A DNA stretch of 12,342 bases, taken from NCBI GenBank assembly GCA_964624465.1, contig CAZUZD010000181.1, positions 1 through 12,342 of the forward strand, read 5' to 3'. Positions 5,106 through 12,342 of the stretch are shown piece after piece. Every line of letters starts with the position of its first letter. Position 1 is the first letter of the stretch. The notes under the pieces were generated by a model that did no database searches, was not told where the DNA came from, and saw nothing but the letters and a program-made list of their open reading frames with translations. The position numbers and the translations under genes were made by a program. The stretch is from an uncultured Isosphaeraceae bacterium. Its GTDB lineage: Bacteria > Planctomycetota > Planctomycetia > Isosphaerales > Isosphaeraceae.

Positions 5106-8100
5106 TCAGTCGCCCTTGAGCACGGTCAGGCCCAGGTCGATGCCCTGGCCGCCGCCGGTCTGGCGGCAGCGGACGGCGATCTGGTTCGGGCCCGGCTTGA
5201 AGGCGGCGCGGGCGCGGCCGTCGAGCACGACGTCCTCGTAGGCGGTGATGTAGCCGGGGCCGACGTACACCCGCTTGCCGTTGACGTAGAGGTCGACGTC
5301 CTCGTCGTGGAACAGCCGGAGCATCAGCAGGTCATTGTCGCCCAGCTCGGGCACGTCGATGGTCGTGCGGAGCCAGATCGTCGGCGTGTTCCAGGGGGTG
5401 TGCACGGCCACGGCGGGCGTGCCCTCGGTGCCGAAGCCGGCCGGGCCGCGCTTCCAGGCGGAGTCGTCGAAGCCAGGCTCGATCCAGGCGCCGACCTCGG
5501 GCTCGTCGGTGGTGTAGGCCCAGGTCGTCGCCTGGTCGCGGCCGGCCTCGCCGGAGGGGAGCACGCCCACGCGCCGCGAGGCCATCGTCTCGACGGCCGG
5601 GCTGAGGCCGGCGTCGACGCCCAGGTCGGCGGGCAGGTCGGCCTCGGTCTCCAGGAACAGGGTCGGTTCGATCGGGTAGGCCCCGGTCTCGGCGCCATAG
5701 ACCGCCAGGCCGCCGTGCGGGCCGCTGTCGTCGCTGGTGCCCAGGCGGAGGATCAGGGGGCTGCCGGCGGCCAGGTCGGCGATCGCGGTGTCGGGCAGGG
5801 GGTGGGCGGCGTCGATCAGGTAGCCGAAGCTGCCGTGCTCCTGGCCCTTCAGGTGCGAGAGCACGCCGCGGGCGTCGGCCGGGTCATCGGCCAGGGCCAC
5901 GCCGGCGACCCGACGGCCGTTGAGGGTGATCAGCACGCCCGAGGGGTGCTTGCGGACGTCCGTTTGAGGGTAGTCCTGCGCGTTGCGCCGCAGGGCCCAG
6001 TCCACCTTCTCGCGGCCCGCCTTGGCGGCCAGCTCGGCGCGGATCCGGAACGCCTTCGGCTTCGCCTTCACCACCGCCTCGGGCACCTTGAGCTTGTAGA
6101 CGAACGAGCCGTTGCCGCGGCCGTGCGCCTTGCCGTCGGGGAGGCTGAAGCCGTCCGACCAGCGGGCGCTCGAGAACTCGCCGGGGGCGAATCGCAGGGC
6201 GACCGTGTGGTCGTCGATCCGCTCGATCCTGGGCGCCGGCGCCTCGGGCCGCACCACGACGTTGACGAAGTTCGCCGCCAGCCGCTTGCCGGTCCTGTCC
6301 TCCAGCACCAGGGCGACGGCGCCGACGAACGGCTCGCCCAGCTTGAAGGCGACCCGCTTCTGCGGCGTGACGCTGTAGGGGGCCCACTGCACCTCCCGGG
6401 TGCGCGGCTCGATGCCGATCTTCTCGCCCTCGCCGTTGACGCCCGTGACCCACCACTTCAGCACCGGGGCCTCGGTCAGGGTCGAGTAGTGGCTCACGAA
6501 CAGTTCCACGGGGATCAGCTCGCCGACCTTGGCCTCGATCGCCGGCGGGCCGTCGTAGCCGATGAAGTCGGCCCCTTGCAGGTCGGCCGGGGTCATGCCG
6601 GGGACGAAAGCGTCGTAGCCGAAGGTCTTGGGCGTGCGGTCGTAGTTGGCGAAGCCATTGTGTTCCCACTCGATGTCGGTCAGCTCGGTGTAGATGTAGC
6701 CCTGGATCTTGGGCTGCTTGCGGAGCAGGGTGGTCAGGTCGCGGAAGCCCCACGAGATGTCGCGGTCGCCGCTACCGGCCGAGACCGAGCCGTACTCGCT
6801 GTTGATCAAGGGGGCCGAGTTCATCGTCTCGCCCGGGCAGTAGTTGAACGCGCTGCCGGGGGTGCTGCCGGCGACGACGCCGTCGATGTGCCGCTTCGCC
6901 TCGTCGTGGTTGTCGATGTAGAAGTGCCACGAGTTCAGGTCGGTGCCCGCGACGTGGTCGTAGTTGCAGGGGCTGTTGTCCTCGATCAGCCGGGTCGGGT
7001 CGATCTGCCGCATCAGGGCGACCATGTCCTTGACCCACTGCTGCGTGCCCTTGTTCGCCTTGTACTCCTCGGGCGTGCCCAGGCCCCAGGTCTCGTTGAA
7101 GGCGACCCACGAGAAGATCGACGGGTGGTTGCGGTCGCGCGGCAGGATCTCGCGCATGGTCGCTTCCCAGGCCGCCCGGGCTCGCTCGTTCTGGCGCCAG
7201 GTGTTGGGCATGTCCTCCATGATCAGCATGCCGAGCTTGTCGGCCCAGTAGAGCCGGCGGGGCTCCTCGGGCTTGATGTGGATCCGCAGGAAGTTCGTGC
7301 CCATCGTGCGGGCCAGCTCGATGTCCTGCTTGAGGAACTCGTCGCTGGGCGCGGTGTACAGGCCCTCGGGGTTGAACGACTGGTCCAGGGCCCCGCGCAG
7401 GTAGATCGGCTTGCCGTTGAGCAGGACCCGCTCGAACGGCTCGTCGCCGACCTTGCCGCGGGCGATCGTGCGGAGGCCGAGGTAGGTCCGGATCGAGTCG
7501 ACGGCGCCCGAGGGGCTCTTGAGCTCCAGGGTCACGTCGTAGAGGTGCGGCGACTCGGGCGACCAGAGCTTCGCGTTCTGGACCGGGAACATGAAGGTGT
7601 GCACGGTCGGCGCGGCGTTGTCCTCGCCGGTGGCGAACGTGGCCGAGCGGGCGCCGATCTCGGGGGCCTCGCCGGTCAGGCTCACGGTGTACTCCCCCTT
7701 CTCGGCGGGGCGCACCAGCAGGTTCACCTTCACGACGGCCGGTTCGAGCGACAGCGTCGCGGAGCCGAACGCCTCGATGCGCGCCTTCGGGCGTGATTCG
7801 AGCCAGACCGTCTGCCAGATGCCCGAGCTGGGCGTGTACCAGCCCACCTGCTTGCCCGTCGGCAGGCTGGGGTCGGTCGGGTCGAAGGCGCGGACGACGA
7901 CCGTGTTGTCTTCCCCGCGCTTGAGGGCGTCGGTGGCGTCGACCTCGAACGGGCTGTACCCCCCCTCGTGCTCGGCGACCTTGGTGCCGTTGATCCAGAC
8001 ATCGGCCCGCCAGTCGACGGCGCCGAAGCGGAGCCAGACGCGGTCGTCGGCCGGGAACGCGTCGGGCACGCGGACCGTGCGGCGGTACCAGCCGATCTGG

Positions 8101-8447
8101 GGCGTGACGCCCTTGGCCGCGTCGGCCGGGGTCCTGAGCCCGGCCAGGGCGCTCTCCCAGGGGAACGGCACGGCGATCGTCTGGTCGAAGCCGGCGGCGT
8201 CGGGGGCGAACCACTCGGCCTTGAGGCCCTCGTCGCCGGCGTCGAACCGGAACTGCCAGGGGCCGTTGAGGTTCGCCCAGTGCGGCCGCACGGCCGTCGG
8301 GTCGGGATGCTCGGGCCGGGGGATCGCCGCGGCCGGGGCTGTCGCCTGCGCCCCGGACGCCGGGGGCGCCCACGGGCTCAGGATCGCCAGGGCCAGGGCC
8401 AGGGCCAGCACCGGCCGGCTGGCGGCGCGGGGGAGGCGGGGAATCAT
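5106..8447 (-). CDS. Secreted glycoside hydrolase family 2 enzyme (beta-glucuronidase/beta-galactosidase/beta-mannosidase-like), 1113 aa with extra C-terminal beta-sandwich domains
   Basis: The GH2 hallmarks are present: VWINGTKVAEHEGGYSPFEVD (compare GUS HQGGYTPFEAD), the acid/base motif SWVAFNE (compare WSIANEP) and the nucleophile motif INSEYG (compare IITEYG). The likely true start is the ATG at 8447-8445, giving MIPRLPRAASRPVLALALALAILSPWAPPASGAQA, a signal peptide with an A-x-A cleavage site. A GGAG lies 8 nt upstream. The track's upstream extension to 8663 is R/P/G-rich and would bury the signal peptide. Confidence 0.85.
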   Translation of the reverse strand: MIPRLPRAASRPVLALALALAILSPWAPPASGAQATAPAAAIPRPEHPDPTAVRPHWANLNGPWQFRFDAGDEGLKAEWFAPDAAGFDQTIAVPFPWESALAGLRTPADAAKGVTPQIGWYRRTVRVPDAFPADDRVWLRFGAVDWRADVWINGTKVAEHEGGYSPFEVDATDALKRGEDNTVVVRAFDPTDPSLPTGKQVGWYTPSSGIWQTVWLESRPKARIEAFGSATLSLEPAVVKVNLLVRPAEKGEYTVSLTGEAPEIGARSATFATGEDNAAPTVHTFMFPVQNAKLWSPESPHLYDVTLELKSPSGAVDSIRTYLGLRTIARGKVGDEPFERVLLNGKPIYLRGALDQSFNPEGLYTAPSDEFLKQDIELARTMGTNFLRIHIKPEEPRRLYWADKLGMLIMEDMPNTWRQNERARAAWEATMREILPRDRNHPSIFSWVAFNETWGLGTPEEYKANKGTQQWVKDMVALMRQIDPTRLIEDNSPCNYDHVAGTDLNSWHFYIDNHDEAKRHIDGVVAGSTPGSAFNYCPGETMNSAPLINSEYGSVSAGSGDRDISWGFRDLTTLLRKQPKIQGYIYTELTDIEWEHNGFANYDRTPKTFGYDAFVPGMTPADLQGADFIGYDGPPAIEAKVGELIPVELFVSHYSTLTEAPVLKWWVTGVNGEGEKIGIEPRTREVQWAPYSVTPQKRVAFKLGEPFVGAVALVLEDRTGKRLAANFVNVVVRPEAPAPRIERIDDHTVALRFAPGEFSSARWSDGFSLPDGKAHGRGNGSFVYKLKVPEAVVKAKPKAFRIRAELAAKAGREKVDWALRRNAQDYPQTDVRKHPSGVLITLNGRRVAGVALADDPADARGVLSHLKGQEHGSFGYLIDAAHPLPDTAIADLAAGSPLILRLGTSDDSGPHGGLAVYGAETGAYPIEPTLFLETEADLPADLGVDAGLSPAVETMASRRVGVLPSGEAGRDQATTWAYTTDEPEVGAWIEPGFDDSAWKRGPAGFGTEGTPAVAVHTPWNTPTIWLRTTIDVPELGDNDLLMLRLFHDEDVDLYVNGKRVYVGPGYITAYEDVVLDGRARAAFKPGPNQIAVRCRQTGGGQGIDLGLTVLKGD

Positions 8448-8717
8448 GACGGGCGCTCCGTGCTGGGGAGAGGGGAGTGCGCGGGCCGCGCGGGCCCGAC
8501 GGCCCATCCGGGCGGTCGCGCCGGGTGCCGACGGCCGCCGTGAGCCGGGCGCCCTCCGGTGGCGGGGACGCATCGCCCCGAGCCTATCAGACCCTCCCGG
8601 GGGCCGCGAGGGCCGGCCCGGGTGATGCCCGGCCGCCACGACCGGCCGGCGGTGGCACGCCATCTGCCGGCCAACCGCTCACACTCACGCCCCGGCGCGA
8701 GTCAAGCCTTTCGCAGT

Positions 8718-8732
8718 TTGCCCGGTTTCCCG
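8718..8732 (+). promoter_or_regulatory. Copy 2 of shared upstream motif (TTGCCCGGTTTCCCG), 67 nt upstream of the ATG at 8800
   Basis: It is 14/15 identical to 9604-9618 and contains the GTTTCCCG core. It lies in the 352-nt divergent intergenic region. Confidence 0.3.
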
Positions 8733-8799
8733 CGTCGACGCCCTCCCGGGCCGTTGCCGGGGTCCGGGCCCGTCGGAACCACCCAGGAGTCTGCCGCTG

Positions 8800-9495
8800 A
8801 TGAAGACCAGGATGCCCCGCCGCCCCCGTTCCCTGCAGCTCGAGACCCTCGAAGGCAAGGCGCTGCTCGCCGCGGCCGCCACCCGCCTGGTCCTGCCGCC
8901 GGCGCTGATCGGCCCGGTCCAGGTGCGGGCCGCCGTCGCCTCGACGCCGGCCCCGACCGCCGGCCGGGTCTCGGCCCAGCAGGTGGCTGACAACGGCACC
9001 ACCCAGATCACCCACGAGCGGTTCAAGGTGCGCGGCGGCCAGACCAGCTACGACCTGAACCTCAAGGAGGGCGGCTACAAGTTCGACCAGTCGTACGACC
9101 TGACCGTCCGCCGCGTCCGGGGCCAGGTCCAGACCGGGACCCTGACGGCCGCCGAAGCGGCCGGGCTGTTCTACGCGCGCTTCGACGAGCTGTCCACCAA
9201 CGCCATCGCCAACGGCGGCAACACCAACCACGGCGGCCTGACCGGCGGCGACTTCGAGGACATCGAGGTCCGCAAGCAGAACTACAGCATCCGCAACGGC
9301 AAGACGACCTACAACCTCACGTTCCGCTCCGGCGGCTACGAGTTCCAGCAGTCGTACACCCTGAAGGTCCGCCGCGACGGCAACTCGCCCATCACCGGCA
9401 CCCTCTCGGCCGCCGATGCCGTGGGCCTGTTCGTCCAGCGGTTCGACACGCTGGCCACCCAGTACGTCAGCACCCACGGCGCTGGCAACATCTGA
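8800..9495 (+). CDS. Small secreted protein (231 aa) with a Planctomycete-type N-terminus (RRPRSLQLETLEGKALLAAA) and two tandem ~87-aa domain repeats; function unknown
   Basis: AGGAG 10 nt upstream. The N-terminal R-rich segment followed by L.LE.LE...LL is the motif seen on many Planctomycete secreted proteins. Internal repeat 1: TSYDLNLKEGGYKFDQSYDLTVRRVRGQVQTGTLTAAEAAGLFYARFDELST. Internal repeat 2: TTYNLTFRSGGYEFQQSYTLKVRRDGNSPITGTLSAADAVGLFVQRFDTLAT. They are ~60% identical. Confidence 0.75.
   Translation: MKTRMPRRPRSLQLETLEGKALLAAAATRLVLPPALIGPVQVRAAVASTPAPTAGRVSAQQVADNGTTQITHERFKVRGGQTSYDLNLKEGGYKFDQSYDLTVRRVRGQVQTGTLTAAEAAGLFYARFDELSTNAIANGGNTNHGGLTGGDFEDIEVRKQNYSIRNGKTTYNLTFRSGGYEFQQSYTLKVRRDGNSPITGTLSAADAVGLFVQRFDTLATQYVSTHGAGNI
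9043..9459 (+). repeat. Intragenic tandem duplication: two ~156-nt repeat cores (9043-9198 and 9304-9459) with a period of 261 nt (87 codons)
   Basis: Protein-level alignment: T[ST]Y[DN]L..GGY[KE]F[DQ]QSY.L.VRR......TGTL[TS]AA[ED]A.GLF..RFD.L[SA]T. The nucleotide copies are also clearly similar. Confidence 0.6.
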
Positions 9496-9522
9496 TCGGA
9501 AACGGAGCGGCGCCCTTGGCCC

Positions 9523-9540
9523 CCGCCCGGCGGCGGGCGG
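9523..9540 (+). terminator. Short GC hairpin (7-bp stem CCGCCCG/CGGGCGG, 4-nt loop) 28 nt after the stop of 8800..9495; weak terminator candidate without a U-tract
   Basis: Pairing read directly from the sequence. There is no downstream T-run, and GC-rich hairpins are common by chance in this composition. Confidence 0.15.
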
Positions 9541-9603
9541 TGTCCCCACCCGGACCCCGCCCGCCGCTCCGGTGGCCGCGGCATGCTTTCCATGTTCCCC
9601 AGA

Positions 9604-9618
9604 TTGCCCTGTTTCCCG
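9604..9618 (+). promoter_or_regulatory. Copy 3 of shared upstream motif (TTGCCCTGTTTCCCG), 177 nt upstream of the flotillin start, in an AT-richer leader
   Basis: It is 14/15 identical to 8718-8732. The TGTTTCCCG core is also at 1293-1301. It is followed by TTGGAT and AAATAT-like elements. Confidence 0.3.
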
Positions 9619-9795
9619 GATTGGATTCTTCCAAATATCCTGAGATGGGAGTCGAATGGCTCTCGATGGTTGCCAGGCTGTCCCCTGTGCGGCCGGTGGG
9701 CCCGCTGGGTCCCGGCCGGGGAGAGCGATCGAGGGACCCGCCCCGTGCGCGGGTCCGGCACCATCGCAGGAGGCCCCCCAATCCGGGGTCAGAAC

Positions 9796-12096
9796 ATGGT
9801 GAGCTTGCTGGGGATCGGCCTGGGCACTGTCCTGCCGATCGCGGCGCTGTTCCCGGGCGACTGGGCCGTCTTCGGCCTGGCCGGGCTGGGGGTCGCCGCC
9901 GTGCTGGCGGTGGTCTTCAGTGGACTGCGTTACATCCCGAACAACCGGGTGGGCATCGTCGAGAAGCTCTGGTCGTCGAGCGGCTCGGTGCCCGAGGGGC
10001 AGATCATGGCGCTGGCGGGGGAGGCGGGCTTCCAGGCCGGCCTGCTCCGCGGCGGCATCCACTTCGGCCAGTGGCTCTGGCAGTACCGGATCCACAAGGT
10101 CAGCCTGGTCACCGTCTCGCAGGGGAAGATCGGCTACGTCTATGCCCGCGACGGCGTGCCCCTGGCGCCCAGCCAGACGCTGGGCCGGATCACCGAGTGC
10201 AAGAACTTCCAGGACGCCGCGGCCTTCCTGATGGGCCCGGCCGAGGATGAGACGGGCGTGATCCGCGGTCAGCGCGGCCGGCAGCGGGCCATCCTGCGCG
10301 AGGGCGTCTACGCCATCAACCTGGCGCTCTTCGTGGTCATCACCGAGCAGTCCGTCTACCGGCTCGAGAATCAGGGGCGCCGCGAGGTCGAGACCCTGCT
10401 CGGCTGGCAGAAGGAGCTGGCCGACCTGAACGCCTTCAACCCGGTCGTCGTGGGCGCCCCGATCGAGGCCCCCGACCCGCTGCGGCCCGGGCACCTGATG
10501 CACACCGACAGCATCGGCATCGTCACCGTGCACGACGGCCCCAGCCTCGGCCCCGGGCAGATCATCGCGCCCGAGGTCGGCACCGAGCGCAACGACAAGC
10601 ACTTCCACAACAACTTCCAGGACTCCGAGGCGTTCCTGGCCGGCGGCGGCCACCGCGGCCGGCAGTACGCGACCCTGACCGACGGCACCTACTTCATCAA
10701 CCGCTGGTTCGCCACGGTCGAGATGATCCCCAAGACCGTCGTTCCGATCGGCTACGTCGGCGTGGTGGTCAGCTACTACGGCCGCGCCGGCCTGGACGTC
10801 TCGGGTACCGGCTTCCGCCACGGCGAGCGGGTGCAGGACGGCGAGCGCGGCGTCTTGACCCGGCCGCTGGGACCCGGCAAGTACCCGTTCAACACGTATG
10901 CCGGCAACATCGTGCTCGTGCCCACGACCAACTTCGTGCTGCACTGGGTCACCGGCCGCTCCGAGAGCCACCGCTACGACGAGAGCCTGCGCTCCATCGA
11001 GATGGTGACCAAGGACGCCTACGAGCCGACCCTGCCGCTGTCCGTGGTCGTGCACATCGACTACGAGAAGGCGCCCAGCGTCATCCAGCGGTTCGGCGAC
11101 GTCTCCAAGCTGATCACCCAGACCCTGGACCCGATGCTCTCGGCCTACTTCCGCGACGTGGCCCACAAGCGGACGATGCTCGAGCTGCTGCACCAGCGCG
11201 ACGAGATCCAGGCCGAGTCGCGCGAGGCGCTGGCCCGGCGGTTCGGGCAGTTCGACATCGAGTGCGTCGACGTCCTGATCGGCAAGCCCGACACGGCCGA
11301 GGCCGGCGGCAAGATCGAGCTGCTGCTCGAACAGCTCCGGCAGCGGCAGTTCTCGGTCGAGCAGCTGGAGACCTACGAGCGCCAGCGCGCCTCGGCCGAG
11401 AAGCTCCAGGAGCTGAACGAGGCCCAGGCCCTGGCGACCATGCAGACGCAGCTGACCAACTCGCGGGTGCAGGTCAAGATCGTCGAGAACCAGGGCGAGG
11501 CCGACCTGGCCAAGGTGCAGAAGGCCGCCGAGGCCGACCTGGCGCGGGCCCGCAAGCAGGCCGAGCAGATGGTCGTCATGGCCGACGCCGAGCTGTCCCG
11601 CTCGCGCAAGGCCGCCGAGCAGACCCTCGTCACCGCCCAGGCCGAGGCCGAGCAGCGCCGGCTCGCCGGCAAGGGTGAGGCCGCCAAGCTCGCCCAGATC
11701 GGCCTGTCGGAGGCGTCGGTCCTGCTCCGCAAGATCCAGTCGTTCTCCGACCCGAGGCTCTACGCCCTCACGCAGGTCGCCGCCCAGCTCGCCCACAGCC
11801 AGCAGCCGCTGGTCCCCCAGCGCGTCTTCATGGCCGGTGGCTCGGCCGGCGGCGGCAACGGCGACGGCAAGTCTGGCGCGGGCGGGGTCGACGCCGCCGG
11901 CGGCCTGTTCGGTATGCTCCTGAGCCTGATGGTCGCTGAGAAGTCCGGCTTCAGCCCCGCCGAGGCCGACCCCGAGCTGACCCGCCTGGCCTCCTACGCT
12001 GACGAGCTGGCCCGCGACCAGCCGATCACCGAGCCGGCCCCGGTCCCGGCCGTGATCCCGACCCCCACCGTCGCGCCGGCCAGCAACGGCAAGTGA
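9796..12096 (+). CDS. Flotillin-like SPFH/band-7 membrane protein (766 aa): two N-terminal TM helices, an SPFH domain, a long Ala/Glu/Gln-rich coiled coil and a Gly-rich C-terminus (YqiK/FloT-type)
   Basis: Starting at ATG 9796 gives MVSLLGIGLGTVLPIAALFPGDWAVFGLAGLGVAAVLAVVFSGL (hydrophobic). This is followed by YIPNNRVGIVEK..., then the heptad-like segment AEADLARARKQAEQMVVMADAELSRSRKAAEQTLVTAQAEAEQRRLAGKGEAAKLAQ, then the tail GGSAGGGNGDGKSGAGGVDAAGGLFGMLLSL, which resembles the E. coli YqiK C-terminus. An AGGAGG lies 22 nt upstream. The track's earlier start at 9583 would add a Cys/Trp/Arg-rich non-membrane extension ahead of the TM helix and would cover the upstream motif. Confidence 0.8.
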   Translation: MVSLLGIGLGTVLPIAALFPGDWAVFGLAGLGVAAVLAVVFSGLRYIPNNRVGIVEKLWSSSGSVPEGQIMALAGEAGFQAGLLRGGIHFGQWLWQYRIHKVSLVTVSQGKIGYVYARDGVPLAPSQTLGRITECKNFQDAAAFLMGPAEDETGVIRGQRGRQRAILREGVYAINLALFVVITEQSVYRLENQGRREVETLLGWQKELADLNAFNPVVVGAPIEAPDPLRPGHLMHTDSIGIVTVHDGPSLGPGQIIAPEVGTERNDKHFHNNFQDSEAFLAGGGHRGRQYATLTDGTYFINRWFATVEMIPKTVVPIGYVGVVVSYYGRAGLDVSGTGFRHGERVQDGERGVLTRPLGPGKYPFNTYAGNIVLVPTTNFVLHWVTGRSESHRYDESLRSIEMVTKDAYEPTLPLSVVVHIDYEKAPSVIQRFGDVSKLITQTLDPMLSAYFRDVAHKRTMLELLHQRDEIQAESREALARRFGQFDIECVDVLIGKPDTAEAGGKIELLLEQLRQRQFSVEQLETYERQRASAEKLQELNEAQALATMQTQLTNSRVQVKIVENQGEADLAKVQKAAEADLARARKQAEQMVVMADAELSRSRKAAEQTLVTAQAEAEQRRLAGKGEAAKLAQIGLSEASVLLRKIQSFSDPRLYALTQVAAQLAHSQQPLVPQRVFMAGGSAGGGNGDGKSGAGGVDAAGGLFGMLLSLMVAEKSGFSPAEADPELTRLASYADELARDQPITEPAPVPAVIPTPTVAPASNGK

Positions 12097-12138
12097 CCAC
12101 TGCCAGCCCCTCGGGGCGGGATCCAAGTTCCACACAAC

Positions 12139-12171
12139 CGGCCCGTCGCGTCCCCCCGGCGCGACGGGCCG
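12139..12171 (+). terminator. 12-14 bp perfect GC hairpin followed by GUUGUUG, 43 nt after the flotillin stop: likely intrinsic terminator
   Basis: CGGCCCGTCGCG (12139-12150) pairs perfectly with CGCGACGGGCCG (12160-12171). The loop is TCCCCCCGG, followed by cggcgttgttgcc. Confidence 0.4.
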
Positions 12172-12342
12172 CGGCGTTGTTGCCGGTGAGCCCGATCTCC
12201 CGACTCCGGCCCACGGCAGCTCCGTCCGAGGCCGCTGGATCCGGGCTCCGCACACGGAACCCGGGCACCCGGGCGGTTCCCGTCCCGTAGGTCGGATGAG
12301 CGGAGCGAAAACCCCCGGGCGGGGGCCCGGGCCGGCTCGGGG

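Noticed and set aside
3765-7796. 1343-aa plus-strand ORF
   Set aside because: It overlaps the well-supported QueC-like B CDS in another frame, and then runs antisense to the GH2 gene. Its composition is dominated by R, G, A, P, V and L with no recognisable domains. It is a high-GC artefact.
8448-8663. N-terminal 72-codon extension of the GH2 ORF (track start at 8663)
   Set aside because: The extension is R/P/G-rich and would place the clear signal peptide (MIPRLPRAASRPVLALALALAIL…AQA) internally. The ATG at 8447 has a GGAG at a suitable distance.
9496-9795. Riboswitch, sRNA or tRNA in the 300-nt flotillin leader and in 12100-12342
   Set aside because: I found no recognisable conserved riboswitch cores or tRNA T-loop/anticodon architecture. 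Only generic GC hairpins are present, and these are expected by chance in this composition.
8587-12255. 1222-aa minus-strand ORF
   Set aside because: It is antisense to the repeat-protein and flotillin genes. It is low-complexity (G/R/A/L/D-rich) and conflicts with two plus-strand genes that have clear family signatures.
1-12342. CRISPR arrays, IS elements or integrase signatures
   Set aside because: No regularly spaced direct repeats, terminal inverted repeats or transposase/integrase-like ORFs were seen. The only repeats are the intragenic domain duplication (9043-9459), the paralogue pair (1419-2708 and 3772-4962) and the short shared upstream motif.

Overview
This is a high-GC (~70-72%) window with codon usage and a secreted-protein N-terminus typical of Planctomycetota; on sequence features it looks Isosphaeraceae/Gemmataceae-like. 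Real genes show normal amino-acid composition and GC3 above 85%. Most long ORFs in the six-frame track are antisense or out-of-frame artefacts of the high GC. Reading left to right:

1. 1..~577: a compositionally distinct segment (~63-66% GC; uses cgt, gaa, tat and cta codons). It carries a partial minus-strand DUF3833-like lipoprotein gene with a GGAGG ribosome-binding site, and an upstream ORF fragment that has no start codon.
2. ~577..1131: only the C-terminal ~185 codons of a glycogen-debranching-enzyme (GlgX-type) gene. It is truncated exactly where the composition changes, so this is either a rearrangement or insertion junction or an assembly chimera.
3. 1419..4962: a tight three-gene plus-strand operon. 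An enlarged QueC-like PP-loop amidoligase paralogue sits on each side of a DUF1611-like protein (Rossmann-like N-domain plus a BioD-like P-loop C-domain). The flanking paralogues are ~68% identical at the protein level, carry a C-x9-C-x2-C-x2-C zinc motif, and end in Trp/Arg-rich tails. I do not recognise this arrangement from the QueC-like contexts I know (queuosine biosynthesis, Qat, type IV CBASS, Dpd). It is the best candidate for an undescribed system in the window.
4. 5030..5064: a convergent intergenic hairpin.
5. 5106..8447 (minus strand): a secreted glycoside hydrolase family 2 enzyme.
6. 8800..9495: a small secreted protein with the Planctomycete LExLExxxLL N-terminal motif and two tandem ~87-residue domain repeats.
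7. 9796..12096: a 766-residue flotillin/SPFH protein, followed by a terminator hairpin.
8. The octamer GTTTCCCG occurs exactly three times in the window. All three copies lie on the plus strand in the upstream regions of the QueC-like operon, the repeat-protein gene and the flotillin gene, which suggests these units share a regulator.
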